A DNA stretch of 64,000 bases from Magallana gigas (Eukaryota). Below the pieces are notes generated by a model. The model was not told the origin of the DNA. It ran no database searches and saw nothing but the letters and a program-made list of their open reading frames with translations. The translations under genes were made by a program, and so were the position numbers. The DNA is taken from assembly GCF_963853765.1 (NCBI RefSeq), contig NC_088857.1:55862001-55926000 (forward strand), in the 5' to 3' direction. Shown here piece by piece: positions 1-14,158 of the stretch. Within the stretch, counting starts at the first letter, position 1. Every line of letters starts with the position of its first letter.

Positions 1-2960
1 TTCGAATTTTGTAAACATTATGTTATTCAACTTGATTTCCTTGCATACAAAGAAAATTCAACATTTATATAACAATAGGTATTTTTTTGCATATGCAAAT
101 GCACCTATGTCTAGAAAATATTTTTTATCAAGTTTTTATTTTTTATATTTTTTTTTATGCTAACCAAGTTTCGAAGCATTGACAAATGAATGCGAATGAT
201 ATACTACATGTTTACAGATAAGGGTACAAAATTGTTCCACATAAATTTGTTATGTCAATATGCAAGATACTTACCGGCAAATTTAACTTACAACTTGAAT
301 AAACTGACCAACATTATCTGTTTTTAGTTAAATGTAAAAACATATTATTAACAATTGGATTAATGGCTAATATGACTCTAAACACACAAAAAGATGCAGC
401 TAAGATAACTCAACGGGTAATTGGTTTAAAAATCTTGGCACACACAGTTTTTAAATGTACAATAATGTTTTTGATATTAAACTTAACGTGTGAATTAGAT
501 AATGTCTACATTGATAAGTTCAAAATTTATAATGTAATATGCATTGCTCGTCAATCTTTAAAGGTATAACTGGAATATGTGATTCGGTGCTTTTTTGCGC
601 GATGTAAAATCATTTGCAAAATATTGATATTTTTTATCAAATTGCTGGAACCCTGGTCTCTTGTATCTTATGTATTTGTACGTTGACATAGTAATGTTGA
701 CTGTTTACATAATAACTTGCATACTGACATTAAAATTCCATTTAGGAAAATACTATGTCATGATTTAGAACGACCTAAACTAATCCTCAATTATCTAAAT
801 ACATTTGATATGAAAAACTTTAAAATACAACTTAAAGATTGCTTATTGATTCATATTTTTCAAAAGATATATAATAAAAATTAATTCTTTTCTTACTCAT
901 TTTTACTGTAAGGTGTATTTTGTTTCTAATACTAATGAAGAATAATAAAATTATGATATTTTTTTCCACAAATCAATTTACTATTGTATTTTTTGATATA
1001 ACCTAGTCTATCTTTTGTTTTATGATTTTTTTATCATCTAGTTGAAAAATGATTGATTCATCTAAAAAAAAATAATAAAATTCTGCTCCAAATGAAGTTG
1101 GTAAATCATAAGATCAAATCCTGTTTAACTTGAAATGATTTATCAAAAGATTTGATCATGTAGCAACCAAACTCATATCAAAGTGTGAACTTTATACACA
1201 AATAATTGTTCTTTTATGTACGTTTGAGAAATTAAACTACTAGCCTATGAAGTATTTCCTATATTAAATCAAGAATTAAGCAAACCATGAGCTAACATGA
1301 AGATCATGGTGACGTCAGAGATGTGGACTCGTGATAATGGTCAATGAACACAAAACATTAACATTTAGAAATATATTTCCTTATATGAAAACTTTATAAC
1401 AGGTCATATGGTCACAATTTAGACGCATTGATAAATATGAATCGATAAGCAATTTCTAATCCTCGCATGACTTTATATGTTATTGTCGCAATATAATAGA
1501 TACACGGTAAGTTGCACTTCCTCAAACGTACATGTAAGTATAAATAATAAACAAAATGTTTAAAAAGTTTATCGCATTATGAATTTCTTTGTTTTGTAAC
1601 CAAATCCTGTGAAAACTCCTTTGGGCTTCACGTGATTTGATTTGATCACGTGACCAATATTCATAAAAAGAAAGCTATTTGCAAATGTAAACATATTTAG
1701 ATGAGTACATAATATTTAAATCGTTCAAATCCTCCAAAGCACGACCGTCTCCTCAACTCCGTGGTAACATTCAAATACAGAAGGTTCCTTTGAACTGGTG
1801 TGCTGGTTTTGTTTTTAAATTTAATCCTTTGTTAGAACTAGCATCGTAAAATATTCTAGAGGGTTTACGTGTGTGCGTGTAGCTCTTTTTTGAAAAATTA
1901 AAAATGTTCTATCTTTGGTTAAAGTACAACATATGTGGGTAGAATGAAGCTCTATCTAGATCTTAAAGTGTCAATGTTGATTTTATCCGATAAAATAAAA
2001 CTCCGGAAAATGGTTATCACTTTAAGTATTCAAGGCAAAGGCAAAACACATTCCCAGAAATAGCATGACCTCTGCTTGTGTAATCCTTACAAAGGGCGTT
2101 TTTATTTTCATATTTCAAAATACTTTTCATTTCAGTAAATTTTTAGACTGTAGTATTTTTTTAATTTTATTAATTTTTCCTAAACGTTTTTATCTTGCTC
2201 ACATAAAATCAGCAAGCAATCCGAACTGATTATCTTATTATTTCTGTAAATGAGTGACCCTTACGCGATGTCATTTTTGGATTAGTTATTAAAAATGTTC
2301 CTTGTAAAGACTATAAAATAGAAAATAGAAATTTGTTGCAAAGTATCCAGTCTAAAAAAGGAATGTACAGATAAGGTCAATGAAGTTCGATAAATAGCTT
2401 GCTGTGTTACCTCAGTGACCGAAGACAAGACTTCATGTACCTTAAACAGAACTTTTGAAGCAAGAAGAATATTTTTTAAAGAAAACAAATGTTTCTTATG
2501 ACGTGTAATTTAAAATGTCTGGGTTAAGATTTGAGTTTGGTCTATACTAATTGAAACAAATACTCGATTTTTATCAATATTAAAAGTAATAACTCTTCAA
2601 ATAATAAAACTATATAGTTTTTCTTGTCCATGGGACTTTACTATATAAAGCATAATATAAAATTATATATATAATCATATGTATGTATACACAAATCCAT
2701 AAATTTGATCTAAATAGCAAATCATTAAGTTCCTCCAAACACATAATATGCATCAATAGAAGACACTTAAGTATAAAATTGAAATGAAGGGTGAAGTCCT
2801 TCACGAGCACTTGTCAGTTTATATTTGATACAGGGCACTCGGGAAACGTATTCACAGCCTCACAGCTGGTATGGCACTTGATATGGCAAAATAAAGCACA
2901 CAATTTTCAAACTCGTAATACTCAGAAAAGTCACGAACATGAAATAAGTTATATACATGT

Positions 2961-3143
2961 AATATTGCATCTCTCCCAGCCTTGTAGGTTGGATTGTCAG
3001 TTTAGTTACAATATTGCATCCTCCCCAGCCTTCATTGTTGTCAGTTTAGTTACAATATTGCATCTTCCCCAGCCTTCAGTGTTGTCTGATTAGTTACAAT
3101 ATTGCATCTTCCCCAGCCTTCAGTGTTGTCTGATTAGTTACAA
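2961..3143. repeat. About 44-bp minisatellite, about 4 copies, just past the stop codon of ETS paralogue A (probable 3' UTR)
   Basis: Unit aatattgcatcttccccagccttcagtgttgtctgattagttac starts at 2961, 3010, 3054 and 3098. Confidence 0.9.
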
Positions 3144-3153
3144 TGTTTTGGTG

Positions 3154-5376
3154 TTAGTATTGTTTCCTACACCGTCTGTCAAACTCGTACTGGACCTCCC
3201 TGGGTCGCCACGCCCTGGGCACTTTGGACCAGTGGAATCTGTACACTAATCTGGTACCGTCCTCTCTGCTCATGAACCCAGACTTGTAGTAGTGTCTAAA
3301 TACCGTAAAGCAGACAAAAACCTTATTATACATCAAGTGAGATGAAACAACAATTATAGTGCAGTAAACAGAAAAGTCCATATTTAGTTGTTTAAGGATG
3401 ACGTCAACCAATTTATGACGTATCGACTTATCTTATTTTTATTCACCAAAAATCAGCACATGATTAATGTAGTCAACAACATGATTAGATATGTCCGGGA
3501 AGTTGTTTTTTTAAATTCAATGTGTTTTCTAAAACTTTATTCATTAAAGATCTGATATTGTTTCAAGACTATGGGACCAAACATTCATAGCCAAGTTATG
3601 TTACCTTATTCCACGACTTAATTTTTCGAAATTCATGTCCGTCTTCCTTTTTTTCTGACCCCACTTCCGGCTGATATCCGTTGTATCCACAAACCGGAAG
3701 GTCCCTGTTAAAAGGTTCACCCAGCGGATCGATTCCGTCCCATTCCGCAACTCCTCCAAAATAAACTTCCACAACAAAACATTTTTGGCTCCTAAAAGCA
3801 AAATAAATATGGATGATTTGGATATTTGTAAAACAGTGATAAGTCTTTGAAGAGAACCCTACATGTTAAACATAGATCTTTGTGTATTAACATTATTTCG
3901 ATAACGTACTATAGAATATTGCATACTTTTTCCAACTTCAAATATAATATTGGTTTTTGAAACCTAGTTAGACGTATTCACACAAGACAAAAATAGTTGA
4001 CCTGACCTCGTTTGCCCTTTCGGCACATGAACGAACTCTGGTCAACAAATTCGGAGTCATCCTCTGACTTGATCTCAGTATGTTCATAGTAAGGCTGGAA
4101 TGAGGTCTGGAAAGTGGGCAGAGCTGGTGTACAAGGCGGGTGGTAGCCGCTGGTATAGTACTGGGAACAGGGGCTATTGATGTCAGTGGAGGCCAGACAG
4201 TGGTCCTCTGTGACGTAACAGGGCTGTGACTCATATGGCGAGTAATGGTTCTGATAGTGGATGCTCTCTGTGTTGTGTTCGTATGACGCGTCATCGTGTA
4301 GAGCTAGAGGTAGTTGGGGGTTAGTTTCGAATGTACCTGTAAATTTAGATGGTAGATATAAGGTGAATACGAGCAATTCTTGTTCTTTTAAGAAAACATG
4401 TACATGTACAACTTTTATTTGGCATGATATTGACATAAAGAGCACATATATTGTTACAAAAAGAAAACCCCCAGATTTTTATATAATTATATAATCAAGA
4501 CTTGGTTATTTGTACACTTAAATCACTTCTACTGGCTAACGCAACTACATGTACAAAAACCAACAAAAATACTTCAAACAACAACAAAAGGCGCCCAATT
4601 ACAACAGCTTGATTAAAGCATACACCAGGAACCTAACTCTTGCCATGTTAGGAGACCTATGTTAATGAAGAGCCATTGAATGTTTTAGTCAGGTTGATTA
4701 ACGGCTTGTGTAATTCATTACGCAATGCAGTTTACAACGTATATGTATGGATTAGATTTCCACGTTATGTATTGCTCAACAGGAAGACCGAATAAAAAAT
4801 ATCCCATTTCAGTTTTGATATATTGCACATGATATCATATACTACATATCATTTGATTTGTTTTAAAACCTTTGCTTACATTTTCAAACGTTTTTACTTA
4901 CCCTCTCATGTTATCCAGTTTATCATAAAAACAGAAGTAGAACTGTTGCTGATAAAAAGACCTCCCTATATCAACATTGTAACATATCCTTTGTGTTTTG
5001 TGATAATAAAGGTTATATTGTTGTTACATCTATAAAATTACATCCCATTTAAGGAAATAATTAGATTTTCGAGACCGTTTTATAGCAAGTACAAGGAAAT
5101 TCAAAGAATACAATTGCTTCATTTTTTTTAAGTTGTAAACCCCCTCGTCACTTTTACTTTTCTCCATTTCCTTTTTCACATTAATCATAAACGATCAATG
5201 TTAGTATTTGTTGATAGTAGTTTTCTCATACTCTATAGTTAGATACAAAACGTGCTCTTACTTCGATTTCAAAGATGTAGTTTATGAAAAAAATGAAATG
5301 TGAAACTTACCGATCTGCCCCTCGTTGGGAGGAATGTGTTCGAAACCTGGCTCACTGGCCTCCGATATTAATGCGT
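3154..5376 (-). CDS. ETS-domain transcription factor, paralogue A (divergent, no Pointed domain seen); 5' end unresolved
   Basis: Exons joined by GT-AG and phase: 5376-5311 (phase 1-1, ALISEASEPGFEHIPPNEGQI), 4336-4007 (1-1, Tyr/Pro/Ser-rich, ends RKGKRG), 3791-3605 (1-2) and 3295-3154 (stop TAA). The last two spell GAKNVLLWKFILEEL...IRWVN...GTFRFVD...SRKWGQKK...MNFEKLSRGIR|HYYKSGFM...RLVYRFHW, i.e. the ETS Trp residues and the R-x-x-R recognition helix. The start exon was not identified. Confidence 0.9.
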
Positions 5377-8300
5377 CTAAAACCAGAAAAACCAAATTAT
5401 TACACTGATAGCAATAAAAAACAGATCTCTTTTATGTCACCTTATTCAACTTTTAGATATTTGACAAGACGGTGGTTTTTAAACCCGATCTCGGGTTTTT
5501 TTTAACACTTAAATTCATTTGTGATAATTTCATTTTGGTCTTGATTATCATAAATTAAACCAAATCGGTAGTTAGCAAAATAATAAAAAGAATCACAGGA
5601 AGGTTTTCTTTACTCGAACTTCTTATAAATATATCCGTGAGGAAGTCACTGGTAATTTGTGGATATAAAGGAAAGAAGTTTATCTTCGATGTCAGATGGC
5701 ATTAATCGGGATGTAAATTCTTGATATTGCATCTTTAATGGTTGCAAATAAAGAAGACATCGGTAAGGGGTTTTTTTTATTATGATACAATTTCTTAATA
5801 CTACGATGGTTTAGGCAGAATTACTTTTTCGTGTAATGTGTACCTACTTTCCGGAATAATTTTCATAAAATCTGAGTTTCCGTAAACACTTCTCGAATGT
5901 GTGTACGTAAAAAAAAAATTAATGTATATATCAAAGTATGACAATAATATTGAATTACATAGAAAGATTATAAACAAGAAAAACAAAAAGAAACAACGCA
6001 CCTGTCTGGGGCTCGATTATTCGGAAAATTTCGTTCATCATCTCACTAGAAAACTCAATGCTCTGAAATATCACAAGTTACAGTTTTAGAATTGCGACAG
6101 ATGCCGGTGTACGTTAATTTCCTGAAAAGAGCGAATGTACCAATATCTACGGTTCTAGTTGATCATACTACTCATCATATAAAATGTACTCACAGGCGGC
6201 TCTTGATACCCATCATCACAGGCCATTATTTCGTTAAATAACTGCAATCACAAAGTACAGGGCATTCAGGATCAGTTGTTCTTTTTATAAAAATGCACAG
6301 TTATATGCATATTTATACAGTAAGAATTGGTAAGAAATTCTCAAAGTACTTTCTATGATGCTCATGTGAGTGTTACTAAAGCAATCTTGAGCTATTATGT
6401 CCTTAACAGAAGCTAGTTTCTTAAGGAAACTAATACTAGGTACCTTAAAATTCCGTGTTTTCCCGAATTTCCGGTTGTGTCTGCATATGTTCAGTAGTAG
6501 GAGCATTATAAATACACCCTGTGATGTCACAGTACTGGACTCAACGGAGTTCAAAGGTCAACCCACGCAAGGAAGCCACCCAAATCTATTGCTGCTTCCA
6601 TGTTTTACCCCGTAATTACGTCTCTCGCGCACCCGTATAGTACTTTAGATTTCAGCAGACCGTGGCCACCATTGTAATTTTAGGCTTTATAAACATTTAT
6701 TCCTACGATATTGGAATTTTGTTCGAAGATCGTGAGTTTTTATCCGGAGAACAAATACTAATTTAAGTAACTTGATGTATTTTTATGCATGAATGTTTGG
6801 GTAGCACAGTCTTTAGCTGACTATTGATGGTTAGTGCCAAATGGACTGGAAAGATTTAAGTTTCTGAAGAGAGTCATGAACGATATTGTTGTGACTGATA
6901 GGGACGAGGGTTGATACAATTTACTAACTTTTGGACAAGGCACCATGTTGAACCCATACATGTAACCCGGTAACAAAGAACTGCAGGTTGGACAAGAGGG
7001 TCTTTTCGTAGTCTTTTTGATCGTGTAAGCAACAATATTATTTTCCATTTTTAGATTTTTTTGTTTGGAAATTTTATGTCCAAACAAATAAGCTTATAAT
7101 AAGTTCCCTTTTTCCATGAACCTCTTCTGGCCAAATTTCTGAGATATTACTGAATATGAGTGTTTTTATGTATATGAATCTTAAAGATACTAAAGTCTCT
7201 TCTGTCTGTTTGCCAAAATGTCAAAATACAAATACAAAAACATGTTCATTACAATACACGAGTTTCTATTAATATAAGGTTTAAAATTAAAATTTAATTT
7301 ATAAGGTTATGCAACGTATTGAAATTTATTTTGATTTTCAAGGTTTTTATGGCATTCGACAAAAACCAATTCTGATCCAGGAACATCGTGTTTTGTTGAT
7401 AAAAAAAAAACAATTTTCGAAGTACATGTAAAATGATTTACAAGCGAAGAAAGTACGTTGTATTATTTATGTCACACTTAAAACATTGAAAAAAAGATTT
7501 GAACTACACATTTTGTTATATTGCAAAATTAGCTACATGCATGCATAGATAATGGTATAAATGTCAAGTATTTGTGTAAATTTTAAATATCTTATTTTAA
7601 AGTTGTCACTCGTATCTTACAAGAAGATTCTTGACTGGCAAACCTGGGAATTAAATCTGTCAAAATATTATCATAAATATTCTGTATAATCATTTAATCT
7701 GTTAAAAGATTATAAGTAAAGCAGATCATTTCTATTCAATTGTGAGTAACAAATCAAATACTTTTCAAGGTCTTCAGGAGGTCTTATTTTGGATTAAATT
7801 CGATGAAATCTAAATTCAGCTGCATATATCTCAAAACAAGTCAATTCTCGTCTCAGGCGAGGAAGAGAGCGGAAGTCGCACGGAGCGTCGCGGTGTACAT
7901 GCAGTATTTATTTTTATTATGAATTCTCTAATATAATTTACGACTGCTATTTGTTCATATGTACTGCGGTACAAACTGAATAACCGTGATTTCTCAGAAT
8001 TCATTTCAGAATTTATTTTCGCATATTGTATTTAAATAATTTGAAACGATATCGACCTTTTCGACTCATTTGAATTTCTACAAACGGAAACAATTGTTCG
8101 CTGTATTAATTGACCATTGTCTTAACATCGCCAGATGTATGGCGGGAAATGGCGCGTGATTAGTGTTTCCCTCTGATTCAGACCGCATTTATTTTTCATT
8201 CAGCAACTCCAAGTGTACATCTCATCATTTTGGAGTATTTCCTATGATATTTAAGATCCAACGAAAATGACTAAATAGGGCTCGTTCAAAAGGAAATCGC

Positions 8301-8775
8301 AGTTTAAACTCTAGTGTATATTTAACGCGTCTCGGACGTGGGGCAATTCATTGCGGTTGAATTGTACCAATTTTATATTTATTCATACTTTGAGCAGCAA
8401 ATAACTGAGCTAGACATTATTATTTTATAAAAATAAGTCTTGACACAAGATTATATGAAGTACATCAAAACACAAAGTTGCGTGTGTGTCACGCAAGGGT
8501 CTGATTTCAAATAGTTGCGGGTCTATATGTACATCTGTGGAAAGATATGGAAGAACTAGAAACTCCAGCCTTTGGTCGTCCTTTAGTTGAGTTGGGCTTC
8601 AAATCGAAGGTCAATCTCTAATCACTTATCCGTGTTCAACAGCTTTGAGAAGAGGATTGAGCTTGATATGTTATTTCAAGATCATAGCGCTGATTTTTGC
8701 TTCATTATCGTGAACTTTGAATTTCCTAATCGCATTATGAATTTATATACCAGCTGTCTAGAGTAATCGTTAATA

Positions 8776-8933
8776 ATTGAGTAATGGAGAAAATATTGTA
8801 CATAGATGAACACCAAATAGTATATATATGGTGGTGTTTGTGTATATTTAAAGTCCCACTATTGAGTAATGGAGGAAATATTGTATATAGATGAACACCA
8901 AATAGTATATAAATGGCGATGTTTGTCTATATT
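8776..8933. repeat. Local 85-bp tandem duplication
   Basis: attgagtaatggag(a/g)aaatattgta(c/t)atagatgaacaccaaatagtatata occurs at 8776 and 8861. Confidence 0.85.
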
Positions 8934-10145
8934 GATATGTTGAATAGAACATGATAACGATTTTTTTTTGTAATTGTTTATTTGTATCAGCGTCCCTTAG
9001 AGCTAAGTTGATTTTCGTTGTGGGTAGCAACACGAGAATGTACCCTGCAATCTTGAAGTCCAAAATCAGTTGTGGCATTTCAGAGACTTGACAGTTCGGC
9101 CAGATGTCGCAGCGGGAATGGGGCTGAGGGGCTGATAAAGATCCTTCAGAGTGACACAAGTACAAAGCTAAGACTTGGTCACTCGACCTTATGTTAAGGT
9201 GCATCCCCTACCCCCTTATTTCACCCCTCTTTGCTAATACTATAGAAGTTTTACTTGGGCAAGATATTTCAAGTGCATTATGATATCCCAAACTGTTACT
9301 CGCACAATTGAAGCTTATTTTGCACAGATTTTGTCAGAAGTATGCGATAAATATTTTCCAGTGGAAAACTAGGTTCAATATCTTAGGATTGTTACTTGTC
9401 AATTTCAGGGTATGTTGCTTTATGTGTTAAAAAAATTCCTTATACCACTTAAAAACAACCACTTAACTGAACAATAATAAAGTCAGTCTGCAAAAGAGTT
9501 AAACTGATTCTGGCTCTATAGCTGTTAGTTTTTAAGGGGGAAAAATTACGAGGCGTCTTCGCTTGTTCATTTGCCTGTTACAAGATACGCAGTTCTGCAT
9601 TTAGCAGACTTGTAAATAGATAAATAAGGAAGACGGATTAATGCTCAGCATAAGAAATAATATTTCCTAACTATATCTAACAAATAATATTTCCTATAAT
9701 ATATAGATATAACTATAAAACTAAACTATAAAATCTACCGTGTTGGTTGACCATCAGAGAACTGTTGACAGGTAAGAAACATGTTTGAACATCAGACATA
9801 GTTATGCATATGTAAATTGCTAGCGGTACCATCACGCATTACTCTTTTAATTCTTTGATTATTTTATATTTAATCGTAGACCATTGTCTAACATTTTAAA
9901 CACAACCACGATCTACTGCATGAACATGGATTTTGTTTGTCCCCCTAACTGTTATCATGTTTCTCTTTGGTTCTTTTCGAATACCTGACGTTAAGAAAAT
10001 TCGAATACTCCTATGTGTGCTTGATTTTGGAACTTCAACATAATGGATAACAACTTAGGGAAGGTGTTTGCTTCTGCGGCTTTTATTTCTGTAAATCCCT
10101 ATCATTTGTGACAACAAAACCTTTCAGTACTGTAAATGCATCCTT

Positions 10146-10371
10146 TAAAACCATTTTAACAAGAACTTTGACTTTGGGTAGTTGTGTAAAACATAAATGT
10201 AACGTAGGCCTGTCTATTTCATTGCTGGCCACTTGGTCATAGCTCTTGAGCTATTACTACGCAACTTGTGTATATTTCACTTGAAACCAGCGTCATTTTT
10301 AACTTGTTTTGACGCAAGAAAAAGACAGTTACATCCTACCGAAAGTCCAAGGTCTTGTTAAAATGGTTCTA
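10146..10371. mobile_element. MITE with about 27-bp TIRs, family copy 1 (unclassified, TA-flanked)
   Basis: ta(a/g)aaccattttaacaaga...acttt at the left and aaagtccaaggtcttgttaaaatggttcta at the right; the interior taggcctgtctatttcattg is shared with copies at 10402 and 20549. Confidence 0.7.
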
Positions 10372-10401
10372 AATCCAAAACTCACATGAATTTGAACCTT
10401 A

Positions 10402-10770
10402 TAGAACCATTTTAACAAGAGCTTGGACTTTGGATAGTTTTGTTAAACTGCAATGTGACTTAGGCCTGTCTATTTCATTGTTGGGCACTCAGCAATGGCT
10501 CTCTGAAATCAACAAGATTTTTCTGGCTGTTGAGCGGAGACTACGCAAATTGTGCATGTTACACTCAATGTGACTTAGGCCTGTCTATTTCATTGTTGGG
10601 CACTCAGCCATGACTCTTTGAAATCAACGAGATTTGCCTGGCTGTTGAGCGAAGACTACGCAATCTGTGCATGTTACACTCAAAAGCAGCGTCATTTTAT
10701 TCTTGTTTTGACGCAAGAAAAAGATAGTTACATCATACCGAAAGTCCAAGGTCTTGTAAAATTGTTCTTA
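10402..10770. mobile_element. MITE family copy 2 with an internal duplication
   Basis: tagaaccattttaacaagagcttggacttt ... aaagtccaaggtcttgtaaaattgttct; the internal segment aatgtgacttaggcctgtctatttcattgttgggcactcagc is present twice (about 10453 and 10567). Confidence 0.7.
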
Positions 10771-10990
10771 TAAGAGTGGGAGTACAGTGTCATCGAAAAT
10801 AACGTCATTTCAGGTTTGAGGTGTGAACCATTCTAGCAACAAGTGCACATGAAATTAGAAGCATTAGGTTCTCATTGCAGTTAGCATGATGCCATAAATT
10901 GTCCGATATGGTTGTGATTCTGTAACTGGGATCAATAAGTAACTAAACAAATCAAAATATAAACTTGAAGAGATTCTACTCAAAAAAAGA

Positions 10991-11199
10991 CAGGCACGTA
11001 GCATTGATTTCAAAGTTGTGGGGGCTTAATTTTTTTTACATGCTCCCAGAAAATTTGGGAGGCCAACTCTTTGGTAATTCAATTTTTTATATGTAATTTT
11101 AAGAAAAATGTTTGATGCAAACAAAATTGGTATAAATTGCAGGGGTGGGGGACCCTGCCCTTCTCCCCGATACCACGTTTCTGAAATATGCTGTCCCTG
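10991..11199. mobile_element. Degenerate relative of the CAGGCACGTAGCATC MITE at 24563
   Basis: Begins caggcacgtagcatt, has G/C-run blocks and ends ...atgctgtccctg; the right TIR is decayed. Confidence 0.4.
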
Positions 11200-14148
11200 T
11201 GAAACCCGACCCCCACCCTTCTGCCATTTGAATTGCTACATTTCAAAAACGTGTGGTGAATTCACATCTCTTTCTTGGATACAATTTTTTATTAAAAAAT
11301 AAATTTAAAAGATTTTTAGATTTTTTTAACGTATAAGTTTCTATGGAACTAAACTGTTTCCTAAGGCTAGTTTCGTGCGTTCATTATATCAGATATAAGT
11401 CAGGCAGACTTCTCCTTCGTCTGTCTTGAGCTCATTGCTTACAAAAAAAAAACCAATGCCTAAGTATTAAGAAGAAAAAGTGCTTTCTTCAAAACTACAA
11501 AACGACCCTGTATTTTATCTTCACTGAAAGAAAATAAGATAATGCATAAGTATGTTTGCAAAGGATTTATATCTGAATATTCTATCATTGTTTCTATCTT
11601 ATGAAGATATGATTTAACAACAACAATAAAAATCTAAAAATTCTTTCCTTTTCACTCAAAATGCATTCATCTAATCTGTTTTTAAAATAACTTAATTTAT
11701 GTTAGTATCTAGAGAGTACGGGAAATATTTTGCAACTTTGTAGACTAACAGTTGTTTGCTGATAACACGGTGTCCGATTAGCAACAAAATCACGTGCGCG
11801 TAATCACATGCGCGCAACGTGACAATTAATAAAATAATGCATATCTAAGAAAATTACACCTGAACACCGATAAAAAGAATTAAATAGGAAGAGGGAAATT
11901 TTCCAAGTCAGCTATATATAAAAATCCAACAGAGACATGAAAAAAATCGCTTTATCAATATGCTGCCTGTTGAACTTCCTCTACCTTTTTCATTGGCTAG
12001 CGCTTCTGATTGGTCGATTTGAATTTTCAAACTTCCACTGTTGACCTAATTTTAAATCTAGGTGAAAAATTCTCTTCAGCATAAACATAATCGCTATTGC
12101 TTTGTTTTTCGATACGACCACGGCGCAGTATTTCTGTGTATGGACCGTTTTCATAAAACTATTCATGGTTAAAAAAAATTAGGATTTCCCCAGTTATTCT
12201 GATCAATAAAGTATCAAGAAATGGCTCGAAAAATATTAAATTTTTTAAGCATTGAAAAAACTACATTAGAGTAAGACTTCTCATTGAAGAAACAAACAAA
12301 GTATTCTTATAATTGTGGAATTCTGGAGCATTTGACAAGGGAATTCACCCCCCCCCCCTCCAATCCTATTTTAGACTCAAAAGAGTATGAATACTGTTTA
12401 CTTGTACATTATAGCAATTATCATTATATCTGATGTGATGTATTGCTTATAGTTGTGCTCTCTGACAAATAATACATAAACAACCCATAATTATGCATCA
12501 GTGTGTAAGGTCTTTGCAGTTGTCATTACATAGATCAAGTTTTGGAATTCCCGATTTTTTGGCTAGATACATAAAATAAAATAACATAGCGGTTGTGCCA
12601 ATTTTTGATAAAGAAGTGCGTTAGTATTGATTTACGGGTGTAATAGTTATCAACTTAAAGAAATATGAATAAAATTCCATTTTCCCCTTTTTGCATCAAC
12701 GATACCTTGATTTACCTAATTCAACTCAAAATTTCATTTTTTAAGATTAATTTTATTTATTTGTTTGGTTTTTTTTGTTGTTATTTTTTTGTTTGCTCGT
12801 TGTTTGTGTAATTTTTTTATCTTTTGTAAGTTGTCTTAACATTATCCTAATTCATATGCGTTAACACTGCGCTCAAAATTCAAAAATATTATGCAGTCTG
12901 TTAAACTTCATTCGTAGATACGGTGAACTTTTTGGCATTTGTCATTAAGTGATAGAGTATGCAGTTAATGCCTTTTTATTTGAATATAATTTTATATATG
13001 AAATAAACTTAGGAACTTTTAAAAAAGATTTTATAAAAAAAGATTGAAATATTTTGATATTGCAAATACTTGTTTATTCTAACAACACTTGAGTCTTTAA
13101 TTGGATGACATTGGTCAATATTGGCATAGCATTTCAACATAGAGAAACCATTCAAAACGCTTATTAACTTAAACGGTACCATGTTGATACGAAAAATTCA
13201 GTAATTCAAATCTAATTTGGCAAATGTTCTCGAAAAAAGTAGGTTTTCAGTTAATGATATTACTCCGTATAAGCGTTCATCCTGTGGAAGGCGTACGATT
13301 ATACATATAACGCGACCTGCTTTACACGAGTACCGGATAATAGCAAACAAAGTTTTAACTTTTCAATTACCACAGGGTGATATAGGTTTGAATTTGAATT
13401 TAGTCGCTAGGAATCAGTTGGTTCTGTCGTGTTTCCGGCCCTCGCCTCTCCGGTACCGGCACCGCTAACATAGTTCCTCCCCCCAGAGGTACGGGCGCCG
13501 GGATTGAGAGGAGTTAGTTCTGGGTTTGTTGCTTTGGAATTTGAACTATTAATCACGATTCATTAGTTTCGTGGTAAAATTGTAGTGTATATTGTCGAGT
13601 TCTATTGAGTTAGTTCTTCCCTTCCTCGAGTTGATATCCTTAAATGATTGAAATTAACATTCGGGGTTTTTTTTTTCGTGTTACATGTATATATACATGT
13701 AGATCTACAAACTTGGTTTGTTTATTGATAAGTAAGGTAACATAGAGCATTACATGAGTGGATTGATAACATTTTTCAATATTTTAGTTATCATTTAAAA
13801 TCCAAGTGCTTCAAAGTCCTGGAAAATTACACGATTTCTATTTTGTAATTTGTAAATGATTTGATTACATGTCGCATGGTTGCTACATTGTGGGCTATGT
13901 GTATGTAAATGCTGACTTTAACGTCAACTGTTGTGAACATGAGAAAGAAATAATTTATATCCCTTAACAAAATTCCAAGCCAAGCATTACAACTTTTTTA
14001 AGCCTATTTTTTCATCAGAACATCATGCATTTTACTTTAATGCTTCACGTTAATTTTAGATTGTTTAATAAGGAAATGGCTATTCACACTTTGTCCGCCA
14101 ACATTATTTTGTGGAAACGCCTGACAGTGTAAAAACGGTCAAAATGAC

Positions 14149-14158
14149 GGGATTTCCC
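14149..14158. promoter_or_regulatory. kappaB-consensus motif (GGGATTTCCC) between the two ETS genes
   Basis: Exact GGGRNWYYCC match. Motif only; no functional evidence. Confidence 0.2.

Noticed and set aside
363-2810. Short AT-rich ORFs and isolated CRE/E-box motifs at the window start
   Set aside because: The ORFs have random composition and no splice-supported frame; the motifs have no associated gene start in the window.
3663-3700. Perfect ETS sites (CCGGAAGT, ACCGGAAG) inside the ETS-A coding exon, suggesting autoregulation
   Set aside because: They are explained by Arg-Lys-Trp and Phe-Arg codons and are not conserved in paralogue B.
5600-7900. Candidate first exons or promoter for ETS-A (donor CCT|GTGAGT at 6194, ATG at 6601, GCGGAAGT near 7870)
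   Set aside because: None gave an open, phase-1-compatible join to the exon at 5376; left unresolved.
13425-13659. GC-rich TG...CA segment resembling a solo LTR
   Set aside because: There is no matching TSD (gttc versus ttcg), no second copy and no internal retroviral sequence; unsupported.
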